Source: a virus (taxonomy: Duplodnaviria > Caudoviricetes). From it: a stretch of DNA of 58,908 bases. The DNA lies in IMG/VR virus record IMGVR_UViG_3300034375_009562, positions 1-58,908 of that record. The stretch is one strand, 5' to 3'. Numbering within the stretch: the stretch's first letter is position 1; every line of letters begins with the position of its first letter. This document shows, piece after piece, positions 1-9,233 of this stretch. The notes under the pieces were generated by a model. The model had not been told where the DNA came from. It was given only the letters and a program-made list of their open reading frames with translations, and searched no databases. Both the position numbers and the translations under genes were made by a program.

Positions 1-145
1 CATAAGCGTTTATAGCATAATCATTACCGTGATCCCATGTGTCTCCTAGATAATGATTGATGACATACCATGCATCGTCCAGCGTGTCATAATCAGCGTT
101 AAAGTAGTAATGATCAATAGTAGTAACACTAACACTAACCGTCAT
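1..145 (-). CDS. hypothetical protein, runs off window edge (MTVSVSVTTIDHYYFNADY...)
   Basis: ATG at 145-143 with open frame to window start; overlaps the end of the upstream ORF. Confidence 0.55.
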   Translation of the reverse strand, partial: MTVSVSVTTIDHYYFNADYDTLDDAWYVINHYLGDTWDHGNDYAINAY

Positions 146-332
146 TTTCTCGCCCCCTCAATACTGAATTTATCTTTTCTTTTGATTTTTCCCATTCTCG
201 AAGTTCTTCTACATACTCACTGATTTGTGCGTCTACTGATTCTTCAAGAGACTCACGATAATGATTAGGTGAGTAAGTTTGACTGCGTTGTGAAGACGCA
301 GTGCGAATTGCATGACCTGGTTTATTTCTCAT
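135..332 (-). CDS. hypothetical protein
   Basis: 65 aa ORF, AGGAG SD, promoter immediately upstream. Confidence 0.65.
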   Translation of the reverse strand: MRNKPGHAIRTASSQRSQTYSPNHYRESLEESVDAQISEYVEELREWEKSKEKINSVLRGRENDG

Positions 333-360
333 GACACGCTCCTTTTTTCAATGATTATTT

Positions 361-389
361 ATAGTAACAAAAAAAGAGGCGTTTAGCAA
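361..389 (-). promoter_or_regulatory. sigma70-type promoter overlapping the gmd terminator hairpin
   Basis: TTGCTA-17nt-TACTAT; hairpin AAAGAGGCGTT/AACGCCTCTTT followed by T-run. Confidence 0.7.
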
Positions 390-410
390 CGCCTCTTTAA
401 GTTCAAGTGC

Positions 411-1418
411 TTATTTAAGAGCAGCACTCATCATTTCATCTACTAGGTTATCAAAGGAGTATTCTGGTTTCCATCCTAGCTTTGTTCTTGCTTTTGTTGA
501 ATCGCCAAGTAGCAACTCTACCTCTGCTGGGCGATAAAATTCTGGATTGATACGAACTATTTCTGCCCCATTTTGACTAATACCGATCTCGTGTATACCT
601 TCGCCTACCCAAGTAATATTATAACCAATATAAGAGAAAGCACGCTCTACAAATTCCCGCACAGAGTGCAACTCGCCTGTGGCGAGTACATAATCATCTG
701 GTTCATCTGCTTGAACCATTTGATACATGCCACGAACATAGTCTTTGGCATGACCCCAATCTCTCTGAGCATCTAGATTGCCTAGTTCTAAGCAGTCCAA
801 ACGATCAGCATCAATATCTACTACACCACGGCAAATCTTTTGTGTTACAAACTCACGACCTCGCCAAGGAGATTCATGATTAAAAAGTATGCCATTTGAA
901 CCGTGTAGTCCATATGATTCACGATAATTACGCACAATCCAGTAAGAGTACAGTTTTGCAACTCCATACGGAGATCGAGGATAAAAAGGTGTTGATTCTG
1001 TTTGTGGCGTTTCCTGAACTAGACCATATAGTTCTGAGGTGCTTGCTTGATAAAATCGTGTATGTTTTGTCATTCCAAGTGAGCGAATACATTCAAGTAG
1101 TCTAACAGTACCGAGTGCATCTACATCAGCTGTATATTCTGGAATATCAAAAGATACACGAACATGACTTTGAGCAGCAAGGTTGTATACCTCATCAAAC
1201 TCATACTGTTGAAATAGTTTCATTAAACAGCCAGTATCTGTTAAATCTCCATAGTGAAGATGAAAGTTTGGATTATACTGAATATGAGCAATGCGGTGCA
1301 TAAAATCTGCCGCAGTGCGTCTTTTAATAGAGTGAACTTCGTAACCAGCATCAAGTAGTAGTTCTGCAAGATAGCCACCATCTTGACCAGTTACCCCAGT
1401 AACAAATGCGCGTTTCAT
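411..1418 (-). CDS. gmd: GDP-mannose 4,6-dehydratase
   Basis: [56 protein letters not shown] motifs. Confidence 0.97.
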   Translation of the reverse strand: MKRAFVTGVTGQDGGYLAELLLDAGYEVHSIKRRTAADFMHRIAHIQYNPNFHLHYGDLTDTGCLMKLFQQYEFDEVYNLAAQSHVRVSFDIPEYTADVDALGTVRLLECIRSLGMTKHTRFYQASTSELYGLVQETPQTESTPFYPRSPYGVAKLYSYWIVRNYRESYGLHGSNGILFNHESPWRGREFVTQKICRGVVDIDADRLDCLELGNLDAQRDWGHAKDYVRGMYQMVQADEPDDYVLATGELHSVREFVERAFSYIGYNITWVGEGIHEIGISQNGAEIVRINPEFYRPAEVELLLGDSTKARTKLGWKPEYSFDNLVDEMMSAALK

Positions 1419-1597
1419 CTGTTTCCTCTTGGTTTTCTAGTTTTATTTCTATTTTGATTATTTTTACGAGGTGCAGCTTTTGATCGAGGTTTTTCGTCTT
1501 GCACATCATGAGCGTACATCCACTTACCAACTCGATTTTCTCGTGCCCAGGTTTGTAGTTGTTTTAGATCGTGTGCCTTACTCATTACCGACCTCAC
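1415..1597 (-). CDS. hypothetical basic protein
   Basis: 60 aa ORF coupled to neighbours. Confidence 0.55.
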   Translation of the reverse strand: MRSVMSKAHDLKQLQTWARENRVGKWMYAHDVQDEKPRSKAAPRKNNQNRNKTRKPRGNR

Positions 1598-1784
1598 TTT
1601 TGGCTTGATGCCAAGAAGCGTTAGTAATCCAATAGGCTAAAAGTAGTCCTAAAAAAGTAATTAAACCATATAGTTCGTTACCAAGATATTTACTACTTAC
1701 TGCCATAAAAGAGTATATCATGCCCCAGATAACTAAGACATATAAAACATTGCGACTAAGTGCTTTTAAAAATAGTTTTGTCAT
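1578..1784 (-). CDS. small membrane protein (2 TM)
   Basis: two hydrophobic segments; GAGG SD. Confidence 0.6.
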   Translation of the reverse strand: MTKLFLKALSRNVLYVLVIWGMIYSFMAVSSKYLGNELYGLITFLGLLLAYWITNASWHQAKSEVGNE

Positions 1785-1956
1785 TTACACCTCTGAGTCC
1801 AGATTGCATGAGTTTCATTTATAAGTAGATGATGTTTTGGGTTACCATCTACTTCGTGCCACCCTTCATTTTCCCAATGACAAGGTTCACGGTTTGCTAA
1901 CGCTACGAACTCTGCATTATCATGAAACCAGAGTGCTGATACAAAAGCTAAAATAA

Positions 1957-2169
1957 TCAAGATGAACTACCTAGCTCACGAACTTTTGGGGCTCCAGCTT
2001 TTGCTCCAATTGCAGCAGCAAACTTTTCATACATTGAATCTAGCTCTGCACGAGTTGGAAAATTATCGCTGTTCACACGAACATTAATATTTACTGAAGG
2101 ATGTTGATCTGTCATAGACTTATTGTCTGTTTCGTCCCAATCTGTTTCAAGGCTCATAATAATTTGCAT
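1957..2169 (-). CDS. hypothetical protein
   Basis: AGGAG SD, 70 aa. Confidence 0.6.
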   Translation of the reverse strand: MQIIMSLETDWDETDNKSMTDQHPSVNINVRVNSDNFPTRAELDSMYEKFAAAIGAKAGAPKVRELGSSS

Positions 2170-2178
2170 CTTTATCTC

Positions 2179-2445
2179 CTATAATACGCCCATAATTTCT
2201 GATTCTTTAATAATTAGGTATTCATTTCCATCAACCTTAATAGGTGTGCCACTCCACTTACCAAAAAGAATTGAGTCTCCAACAGCAACATCAATGTTGT
2301 CATCAGTGCCTACTGCTACAACTACACCTTCCTGCGGCTTTTCTTTAGCAGAGTCAGGAATAATAATACCTGATTCAGTGATCTCTTCTGGATCATTCAT
2401 TTCTACCATTACACGATCATGTAGTGGTCTAAATTTAATTGTCAT
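2179..2445 (-). CDS. groES: co-chaperonin GroES
   Basis: [46 protein letters not shown]. Confidence 0.96.
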   Translation of the reverse strand: MTIKFRPLHDRVMVEMNDPEEITESGIIIPDSAKEKPQEGVVVAVGTDDNIDVAVGDSILFGKWSGTPIKVDGNEYLIIKESEIMGVL

Positions 2446-2774
2446 GTTGCTACCTCTTCTCTTAATATATAGCGTAAAATTGGTTTAAATACAAATGAGT
2501 TTTCACCTGAAGATATAACACAAGATATTTCAGGTTCTTCAGGGTGAGATTCATAAATAGTTAGTGATCCTGTATCTGGATTAAGAGTTATGCTAACATT
2601 TAATCCAACTATAGGATCAAGATATTTTATAAATGGAATCTCACCATGTTGCTTTATTAAGTTTTCTAAACTTTCAGTATTGTAACAAAAAACTGGCTTT
2701 GAGATTTTATTATCTTCAGCAAGTGCTACGCTCGCTGAAAAAAGCATCAACGCCATAACACTTGCTTTAATCAT
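2442..2774 (-). CDS. exported hypothetical protein
   Basis: signal-peptide-like N-terminus (ASVALA|ED), Cys pair. Confidence 0.65.
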   Translation of the reverse strand: MIKASVMALMLFSASVALAEDNKISKPVFCYNTESLENLIKQHGEIPFIKYLDPIVGLNVSITLNPDTGSLTIYESHPEEPEISCVISSGENSFVFKPILRYILREEVAT

Positions 2775-2784
2775 AATATTTCTC

Positions 2785-3393
2785 CTAGAAGGCTAGATTA
2801 CCTTTTCTAAAGTCCTCTACACCTGAGTGAGAATCTGACTCATCAAATCCGTCAGAACTTTCTGTTTCTGATTCTTCTTCTAACATAGTTTCTAACCATT
2901 CAGAAATGCCAAACCAATCATCTAGATCTTCACCTACTAGCTCACGAATTTCTTCTGGTTTCTCACAATGAGCATACTCATAATATTCTTCGTCACCATC
3001 AATCCAAGAACCAGTAAAACACATGCCAGGCTCATAGTAGCGGGCATCTACTCCCCAACCTTGATCCATCATTGCTTGAAAAATACCAGTAGGCGGAGAC
3101 CAAGCAGTATCAAACATAATATTTACAGTTTTGTCATCTACCCAGTCTACATCATGAATGGAAGCATCCCATTTTGTACCCCAGTTATTGACTCGCCACC
3201 AGTACCAGCCTGGCATCGCATCTTCTTCGTCTCCATCCTCATAGTCTGGCTCTGGAAGGAAAAACCCAAAAAACGAAGCATCTGAGTTTGAATCATTCGG
3301 TTTTGTAATGTGGTTAAGATGAGCATACAGATTATCTGCATCCTCTTTAGTTGCTGCAATGAGAGTTAAGCTGTTATTACACCAATTTGGCAT
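2785..3393 (-). CDS. YubB/DUF1281 (Api92-like) ferredoxin-like domain protein
   Basis: MPNWCNN start (AGGAG SD), WRVNNWGTKWD, FDTAWSPP, YYEPGMCF. Confidence 0.8.
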   Translation of the reverse strand: MPNWCNNSLTLIAATKEDADNLYAHLNHITKPNDSNSDASFFGFFLPEPDYEDGDEEDAMPGWYWWRVNNWGTKWDASIHDVDWVDDKTVNIMFDTAWSPPTGIFQAMMDQGWGVDARYYEPGMCFTGSWIDGDEEYYEYAHCEKPEEIRELVGEDLDDWFGISEWLETMLEEESETESSDGFDESDSHSGVEDFRKGNLAF

Positions 3394-3456
3394 CTCTATC
3401 TCCTGTAAATCATCAATAATTATAATATTATCAAAATTTGCAGCAACAAGCAAGTC

Positions 3457-3681
3457 TTATTCTGGATAGTTTTCATCTACCCAGTGTTCAAACTCATCTT
3501 TTTCAGGCCACTCATATGGTGACCACTTAGGCTGCTCTTTGAATGGCAGTTCTTGACCTTTGTAATAGACAACATGCCAGATTTTTCTATTGTCATCATA
3601 CTCTTCCACATCGGGTACATACTCGTATTCTCTATACTTATATCTTGGAAGGGTATGCCAATTAAATAATCCTTTGAACAT
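3457..3681 (-). CDS. hypothetical protein
   Basis: 74 aa, GGAG SD. Confidence 0.6.
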   Translation of the reverse strand: MFKGLFNWHTLPRYKYREYEYVPDVEEYDDNRKIWHVVYYKGQELPFKEQPKWSPYEWPEKDEFEHWVDENYPE

Positions 3682-3690
3682 TATATTCTC

Positions 3691-3885
3691 CTAGTGAAGA
3701 TATTTCCCATTAGAAGGGTTTAATAGTTTTTGATGATAAGCACGAACATAGTGCTCGTCTACAATATCCATAACTTCTCTAACATAGTCTAGTGTGTCTT
3801 CTTCAGATACATGAATACCATGCAGCTCAATACTCTGCATGACACACTCTTCCATTTCCATTACCCACTGACTAACTTTGCTCAT
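3691..3885 (-). CDS. hypothetical protein
   Basis: 64 aa, AGGAG SD. Confidence 0.6.
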   Translation of the reverse strand: MSKVSQWVMEMEECVMQSIELHGIHVSEEDTLDYVREVMDIVDEHYVRAYHQKLLNPSNGKYLH

Positions 3886-4050
3886 ATAAACTATCTCCTT
3901 CTCGAACCCATGATCTATTCAATTTACGCATTAGTGCCATTGCAGTATTTATCCAAAACTCTCTCATTTCTGAGTCACTGGCTAAAGATGCAGCACGAAA
4001 ACAATCATCAATACGCTTTTCGCATAGTTGAAATTCATCAAGATCTTTCA

Positions 4051-4365
4051 TTATACTCTCCTCTTTCCTGTAGCCGCATCAGCCGCTTCTCTCTTCGAGA
4101 GAACAACTAGCCCCCCTTTGTTATATGCTTGCCCAATAGTATAGTTTGCACTAGTAGCAAGTTTTTGTTCTGGTGTTAGTTTTGACCCATAGTCAATAGC
4201 AACTACACGGTCTGAAGTAGGTGCTGTTTCACGCATCCCAGCTTTGTAGTCAGGAAAAGAATTTACCCTCGTATTCTTTGGATTTTTACGATAACCCATA
4301 CGACGAAGGAAAGCATCATGTTCAGCTTGTAGTTCTGCTTTAGTTTTGCGGCGGACTCGCGGCAC
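4051..4365 (-). CDS. hypothetical basic phage protein
   Basis: 104 aa, YTIGQAYNKGG motif recalled from large marine phage hypotheticals. Confidence 0.65.
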   Translation of the reverse strand: MPRVRRKTKAELQAEHDAFLRRMGYRKNPKNTRVNSFPDYKAGMRETAPTSDRVVAIDYGSKLTPEQKLATSANYTIGQAYNKGGLVVLSKREAADAATGKRRV

Positions 4366-4987
4366 GACGACCTCTCCTCTTTTCGTTCATTAAAGTTTCT
4401 AGTTGAGCGTGAACAGCAATCCAGTCAATTTCATCTTTTTTCTTATTGCTGATAAGTGCTTTTTTATAATCTTCATAGATTATAGACATTTTTTCTTGAT
4501 CTGGCAAGAGAGGATTAACAACTGTTTCCCGCAAATGACGATATATCTGTTTCCAAATATGTCCATGGGGATTACCAGCTGATTTTTTTATTGCATATTT
4601 ACGAAAGTATTGTGCTGCATGAGCCACTTCATGTGCTACAACCATAGCAAGATAGTGTTCATGAGAGGTTGTGATAAATCCTCCGATAACAGGATCTGCA
4701 TCGAAAGATTTATATTCATAAACCCGAAAAGGATCTTCAGGTCTGCGGTTTTTTAGATGAGCCCCACAAGTGTGATGCATCGCGAGGTTGATACCTGCAC
4801 CACCTTGACTGGGATACCACCCACCTCGTGAAGAACGCCTGCGTGCTGACCAATCAAACTTGTGATATGATAATTTAAACTTGGAAAGGTCCGTCATCTT
4901 GCAGACTTCTTTTTCACAAAGGGCGATATAATGAAGACCAAGGTCTTCAAACTGTGACATTTGCTCGAACTTCACTTGTTCCTCCAT
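4340..4987 (-). CDS. SprT-like zinc metalloprotease domain protein
   Basis: VVAHEVAHAAQ (HExxH) followed by PHGHIWK. Confidence 0.7.
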   Translation of the reverse strand: MEEQVKFEQMSQFEDLGLHYIALCEKEVCKMTDLSKFKLSYHKFDWSARRRSSRGGWYPSQGGAGINLAMHHTCGAHLKNRRPEDPFRVYEYKSFDADPVIGGFITTSHEHYLAMVVAHEVAHAAQYFRKYAIKKSAGNPHGHIWKQIYRHLRETVVNPLLPDQEKMSIIYEDYKKALISNKKKDEIDWIAVHAQLETLMNEKRRGRRAASPPQN

Positions 4988-5074
4988 TGATTATGTATAT
5001 ACTATAACAAAAAAATAGGCAAGAGTCCAGAAGATTCTTGCCTAAATTTAAAGTTTGTCTTTAGTAAAAAAGTT

Positions 5075-6034
5075 CTATAAACCGTTGGGAACGATAATAT
5101 AATGAATTGTAAGCACTACACCTACTGATGCGGCAAGTCCAACCATCATTTTCAAGAAGTCTTTACCAATAAGCGGAAATACAACTTTAAATTTTTCTTT
5201 TCCTGTAACAGTTGCCATTGCCAATTCTCTACCACAAAGTAGACCAACAAACACCCATGTTGTACTCATTGGTATATCATTGAGTTCTTTGAAGAAGAAA
5301 AGAATAAGCCAATACACAGCATCGATAATTGTTGCACTGCGTACATAACGAGTGTTATGTTTTTCAAGAACGATGTTTTGTATTTTACCGCCACCTTCTT
5401 TAAACATCCACCAAAGACCACCAACAAAGACTGCACTAATGACAAACATTAAATCAACTGGTACAGTTCTTGGTAAAAACACAGCAATATTTGCTATATC
5501 GTGTGATAACCAAGTGAACCATAGAAAACCAGTAGTTATCCATTGTCCAACTCGCCAAAAGACTTTATGCTCTTCTTTAACAGGTTTTGCTTCATCTAAC
5601 CAACGACTAACAACAACCCAAATAACATATGCTGCTACAGCTGCAACTGCATACCCCATCATAGATTTCATTAGCATTTTTTCTAATACAAATGTTGAAG
5701 CAAATGCTGATAATACTAAAAATGATGTTGAAACTGGCACGCCAATTCTTGTAAGAAGAAGTAGTAGACCAGGTGCTAATGCGTGATACCATTGTATTTC
5801 TTGGAATGGAATTTTGTTAAGTCTGCCGTATGAAATGTCTCCACCATACATATACCAACCATACCAGATCGTATATAAGAGTACAGCCGAAGCAGCCCCC
5901 CACATAACTTTCCAATTAAATCTCTCATTGTTTGATGCGATCCATGTACCGAGAGTTTGTACTGAATCGTTTGCTATAACTGAATAAGCAGCAAATAAAA
6001 AACCTACTGCCATCCAAAGAGTTACAAGTTCCAT
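5075..6034 (-). CDS. PiT/PHO4-like inorganic phosphate transporter family membrane protein
   Basis: many TM segments; ANDSVQTLGT, GVPVSTS, HDIAN, IPMSTT repeats typical of PiT fold. Confidence 0.7.
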   Translation of the reverse strand: MELVTLWMAVGFLFAAYSVIANDSVQTLGTWIASNNERFNWKVMWGAASAVLLYTIWYGWYMYGGDISYGRLNKIPFQEIQWYHALAPGLLLLLTRIGVPVSTSFLVLSAFASTFVLEKMLMKSMMGYAVAAVAAYVIWVVVSRWLDEAKPVKEEHKVFWRVGQWITTGFLWFTWLSHDIANIAVFLPRTVPVDLMFVISAVFVGGLWWMFKEGGGKIQNIVLEKHNTRYVRSATIIDAVYWLILFFFKELNDIPMSTTWVFVGLLCGRELAMATVTGKEKFKVVFPLIGKDFLKMMVGLAASVGVVLTIHYIIVPNGL

Positions 6035-6136
6035 TGTAATTTCTCCTTATGTAAAAAAAAAGAATAAGAGAATCTTCTCTTATTCTAGTAAGTATAGCAC
6101 AGAAATGTTACAGTTTTGTGAAATTTATAAAATTTA

Positions 6137-6340
6137 TCATACGGCTATAGGATCATTCTTTTTGTCCATAGCAATTTTTACTAAATCTTGTTCCGAGCAG
6201 ATAACATAAGTAGTCTTATCTTGTCCTTTTGTTACAATGCCCCAATCATAAAACACATCATCATATGTTCCATAGGCTTTCACAATGCACTGCTTTTCAA
6301 TATCAATTAAAAAATATTTCATTGGTCTCGATGAATCCAA
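6137..6340 (-). CDS. hypothetical protein
   Basis: 67 aa ORF in gene-dense array. Confidence 0.5.
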   Translation of the reverse strand: MDSSRPMKYFLIDIEKQCIVKAYGTYDDVFYDWGIVTKGQDKTTYVICSEQDLVKIAMDKKNDPIAV

Positions 6341-6466
6341 GTAGACTTAAAGCGTTTTTTCTTATCTCTAAGTTTATTACCTCTAATCTTAGTTCTCCGT
6401 CTACTTTGATATGTCTTATTAAAGAAACGCTCTTCTAATTTTTCCCAAAGTGTAGATATTTTCGAT

Positions 6467-6667
6467 CTATCCTTCATTCCTTAAAATATGGACTTCTCCA
6501 TCCTCTAATTCAATCACTTTAATAAATCCACGATCTTCGATCATTTGGAGTGTTCCATCAATTCCTGCTTCTAATCCTGCTTTAGCGCCTTGTCTATAAC
6601 TAATATAAACTGCTACGCCAAGGAGAACTAAAAAAAGTAAGTCTTTCAGTTGAATTATTAGTTCCAT
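6467..6667 (-). CDS. small membrane-anchored protein
   Basis: N-terminal TM helix. Confidence 0.6.
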   Translation of the reverse strand: MELIIQLKDLLFLVLLGVAVYISYRQGAKAGLEAGIDGTLQMIEDRGFIKVIELEDGEVHILRNEG

Positions 6668-6704
6668 TATGTTTCACCTAGGTAGGTAGAGGGGTTTTTC
6701 CCCT

Positions 6705-6959
6705 CTACTTAGTTCTGACTGCTTTCCACACTTCAGTAGAAGGCACACGAATAAAACGCTCACGCGTGTTATTTTTATCTGGATTTTGAATTGTAAGCAT
6801 GACACGCTTACCAAGAGTATGAGCCTTTAGTTGATTATCATTTCGTGCTGAAGACAACATATAGTCTCTACGAGATGCGTTTTTAATTGCTCGTTTGACT
6901 GTAGGTACAAGACCTTGAGACCGATAACCGCTAGACTTACCACCTTTTTTCTTCGCCAT
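6705..6959 (-). CDS. basic hypothetical protein
   Basis: GGAGG SD before MAKKKGGK; own promoter TTGACA-17-TACTAT at 6988-7016. Confidence 0.7.
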   Translation of the reverse strand: MAKKKGGKSSGYRSQGLVPTVKRAIKNASRRDYMLSSARNDNQLKAHTLGKRVMLTIQNPDKNNTRERFIRVPSTEVWKAVRTK

Positions 6960-7024
6960 TTGATCCTCCAAATTTCATTTATAAATAATAGTATAATATT
7001 TTTAAGTAGATGTCAAACTATTAA

Positions 7025-7567
7025 TTAATTAGATTTGATTGATACTACGACTGGAATTTTAGATCCAACGGGAACATCAGAGCGAGTGATCTTAGTTCCT
7101 TTTAAGCCTAGAACTTCATATTCAACTGAATAATGAGAAAGATGCTCTTCTTGAGAGTTTATCCAAGTAGTTTTACATTTTTCTTGTTCTCTATAACCAA
7201 TAATATTGTTATTGGTTGATTTCTTTTTTGTGGCTTCATTTGCTCCAATAATGCCTCCAAGAACTGCACCTGCAGCTCCTGCACCGTCAGCATCGCTAAC
7301 ATTATTACCAATGGCACCACCAATTAAACTACCGATGATAAGGCTACCAATAATATCGCCACCTTCTTGTTCAGCAGTTCCGTAGATTGGTACTTGTACC
7401 ATCTCACAAGTATTTACAGGATTTTGTATATTAACCAGTTTATATTTAGGAGTAGAACTGGTAACAACTCCTTGTACAGTATATGACTCTGCAAAAGCTA
7501 GACTACTAGTAAAGCCAACTGCTGAAGATACTAGTAAAGTAACAATACATTGATTTAAAAATTTCAT
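7025..7567 (-). CDS. glycine-zipper 2TM domain exported protein
   Basis: signal peptide; GSLIIGSLIGGAIG...GAAGAVLGGIIG. Confidence 0.8.
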   Translation of the reverse strand: MKFLNQCIVTLLVSSAVGFTSSLAFAESYTVQGVVTSSTPKYKLVNIQNPVNTCEMVQVPIYGTAEQEGGDIIGSLIIGSLIGGAIGNNVSDADGAGAAGAVLGGIIGANEATKKKSTNNNIIGYREQEKCKTTWINSQEEHLSHYSVEYEVLGLKGTKITRSDVPVGSKIPVVVSIKSN

Positions 7568-7569
7568 GA

Positions 7570-7977
7570 TTATCTCCCATTAATGCGATTTCGTAACTCA
7601 GAAGAACTGAATGCATGGTCTCTTTTATTATAGTGTATTTCGATTCCTCGATTTACACAAATATTTTTACCAGTAAAGTCTTTTCCAATATAATCTGATC
7701 CTATGATTCTAACATCAATTTTAACAGAGTTCAAGATGTCTTTAACATCTTTTTCTGTTTCATATGGAATAATTTCGTCTACATAGGTAACTGAAGACAA
7801 CTGAATGTATCTTTCAACTACCGATTGTACTGGTTTATTTTTGTCTGGTCTGTCAATAGTAGGATCTGTTTGTAGTCCTACTATCATATAGTCACAGTGT
7901 TCTTTTGCCTCTTGCAACATTAATACATGACCTGCGTGTAGTAAATCAAAAGCGCCAAAAGTAATTCCTACTCTCAT
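7570..7977 (-). CDS. cytidylyltransferase (TagD/glycerol-3-phosphate cytidylyltransferase-like)
   Basis: FGAFDLLHAGH, IVGLQTDP, GSDY, FSSSELR. Confidence 0.9.
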   Translation of the reverse strand: MRVGITFGAFDLLHAGHVLMLQEAKEHCDYMIVGLQTDPTIDRPDKNKPVQSVVERYIQLSSVTYVDEIIPYETEKDVKDILNSVKIDVRIIGSDYIGKDFTGKNICVNRGIEIHYNKRDHAFSSSELRNRINGR

Positions 7978-8189
7978 AGTTTACCTCCACAATGAGGGCA
8001 TATTTTTTCTTCTGTCATTTCACGAAGAGTATTCCTTAAGCCTTTAGCTTCTCTTAATTCTGATTTTAACCATTCTTTTCTTCTATCAGTCTTTGCTTTT
8101 TTTAACTCTTCTTTAAGAGAGTTTTTCATTCGTTTTAGTTTTTCTTCAAAAATCCCCTTAAAAGCAGTAATTGGTCTATTTTTGCTCAT
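7974..8189 (-). CDS. hypothetical coiled-coil protein with C-terminal CPHCG
   Basis: 71 aa coupled ORF. Confidence 0.65.
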   Translation of the reverse strand: MSKNRPITAFKGIFEEKLKRMKNSLKEELKKAKTDRRKEWLKSELREAKGLRNTLREMTEEKICPHCGGKL

Positions 8190-8213
8190 TTATATAATAT
8201 ACCTTGATAAAAA

Positions 8214-8420
8214 TCATTTAGAGTGAGGAGGCATTCGTCTCTCTACAAAGTACTCATGTTGTCTTTTAGCTGGGTTATACCTTTTCATGCGAAGTTTAAC
8301 CCCATTTCTAATTTGATTAAGAGTTTTTGCATGAACAAAGTGATAAGAATAAGACTTACCAACCTTGTTTTCTTCTTCAGGAACCATCCATACTTTATTT
8401 ATTTTGTTCTTTTTTGCCAT
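8214..8420 (-). CDS. rpmG: ribosomal protein bL33-like (Cys-free type)
   Basis: KLRMKRYNPAKRQHEYFVE resembles bL33 C-terminal KLELKKYDPVVRKHVxFKE; 68 aa, basic. Confidence 0.7.
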   Translation of the reverse strand: MAKKNKINKVWMVPEEENKVGKSYSYHFVHAKTLNQIRNGVKLRMKRYNPAKRQHEYFVERRMPPHSK

Positions 8421-8533
8421 TTATCTGTGCCTTCATTGCTTTTTCGTGTTGAGCATTAAAAAATTTAGGTTTTTCCTTACTACCTCTTAAGTAGTTTGGT
8501 TGTGGTTCACCTATAAACCATTCTTTAATGCGT

Positions 8534-9151
8534 TTAAGAATTTTTTTGTTCATCTAAAGTCTCATACTGTTTTCTAAACCACCAAGTTGTATTCGGATAG
8601 ACATTAATCTTTTCACCGCATACATCAAAAACTGCCTGTTTAACTTCGTCAAAATCAAAGTCGTCACCAGATATAATCCCACCAAGTTTAACTTTAGGGT
8701 ACCAGGCTTTGATGTCGTCAATCACATCTTGATAAGCGTGAGATGCATCAATCATAACAAAAGAAACACTTCTATCCTCAAACTGCTCTGCAGCGTCGAT
8801 AGAGGTCATCTTATGTATTTTAACTTGATCCTCAACTCCTGCCTCACGCAAGTTAGATTTAAAGGCTTCTAGAAAGTCACCACCATGCGCCTCAATAACC
8901 TCATAATGAGGTGCGTCACTAAAATCTGATAGGTCAAAGATATCAACTGCATTAAACTCAATGCACTTTTTACTATCTTTGATGAATTTTCCCATTGCTG
9001 AAGTAGATTGTCCTAAAAAACTACCAACTTCTACGAAAACATCCTCATCCATAGAGTTTGCAACTATTTCACCATAAAATTGGATATACCTAGAATACCC
9101 ATATATTTTATGCCCATTTACTTCTACATAGAAGCCACCATCATTAAACAT
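8534..9151 (-). CDS. class I SAM-dependent methyltransferase (Methyltransf_24-like)
   Basis: VEVGSFLGQS, MIDASHAYQDV, GGIISGDD. Confidence 0.88.
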   Translation of the reverse strand: MFNDGGFYVEVNGHKIYGYSRYIQFYGEIVANSMDEDVFVEVGSFLGQSTSAMGKFIKDSKKCIEFNAVDIFDLSDFSDAPHYEVIEAHGGDFLEAFKSNLREAGVEDQVKIHKMTSIDAAEQFEDRSVSFVMIDASHAYQDVIDDIKAWYPKVKLGGIISGDDFDFDEVKQAVFDVCGEKINVYPNTTWWFRKQYETLDEQKNS

Positions 9152-9233
9152 AAAGTTACCTTTCTAACTTACATAATATATAGAATACAGCAAACCTACA
9201 ACTGCCCAAAAAGACATTAGTATTAAAAGACTT

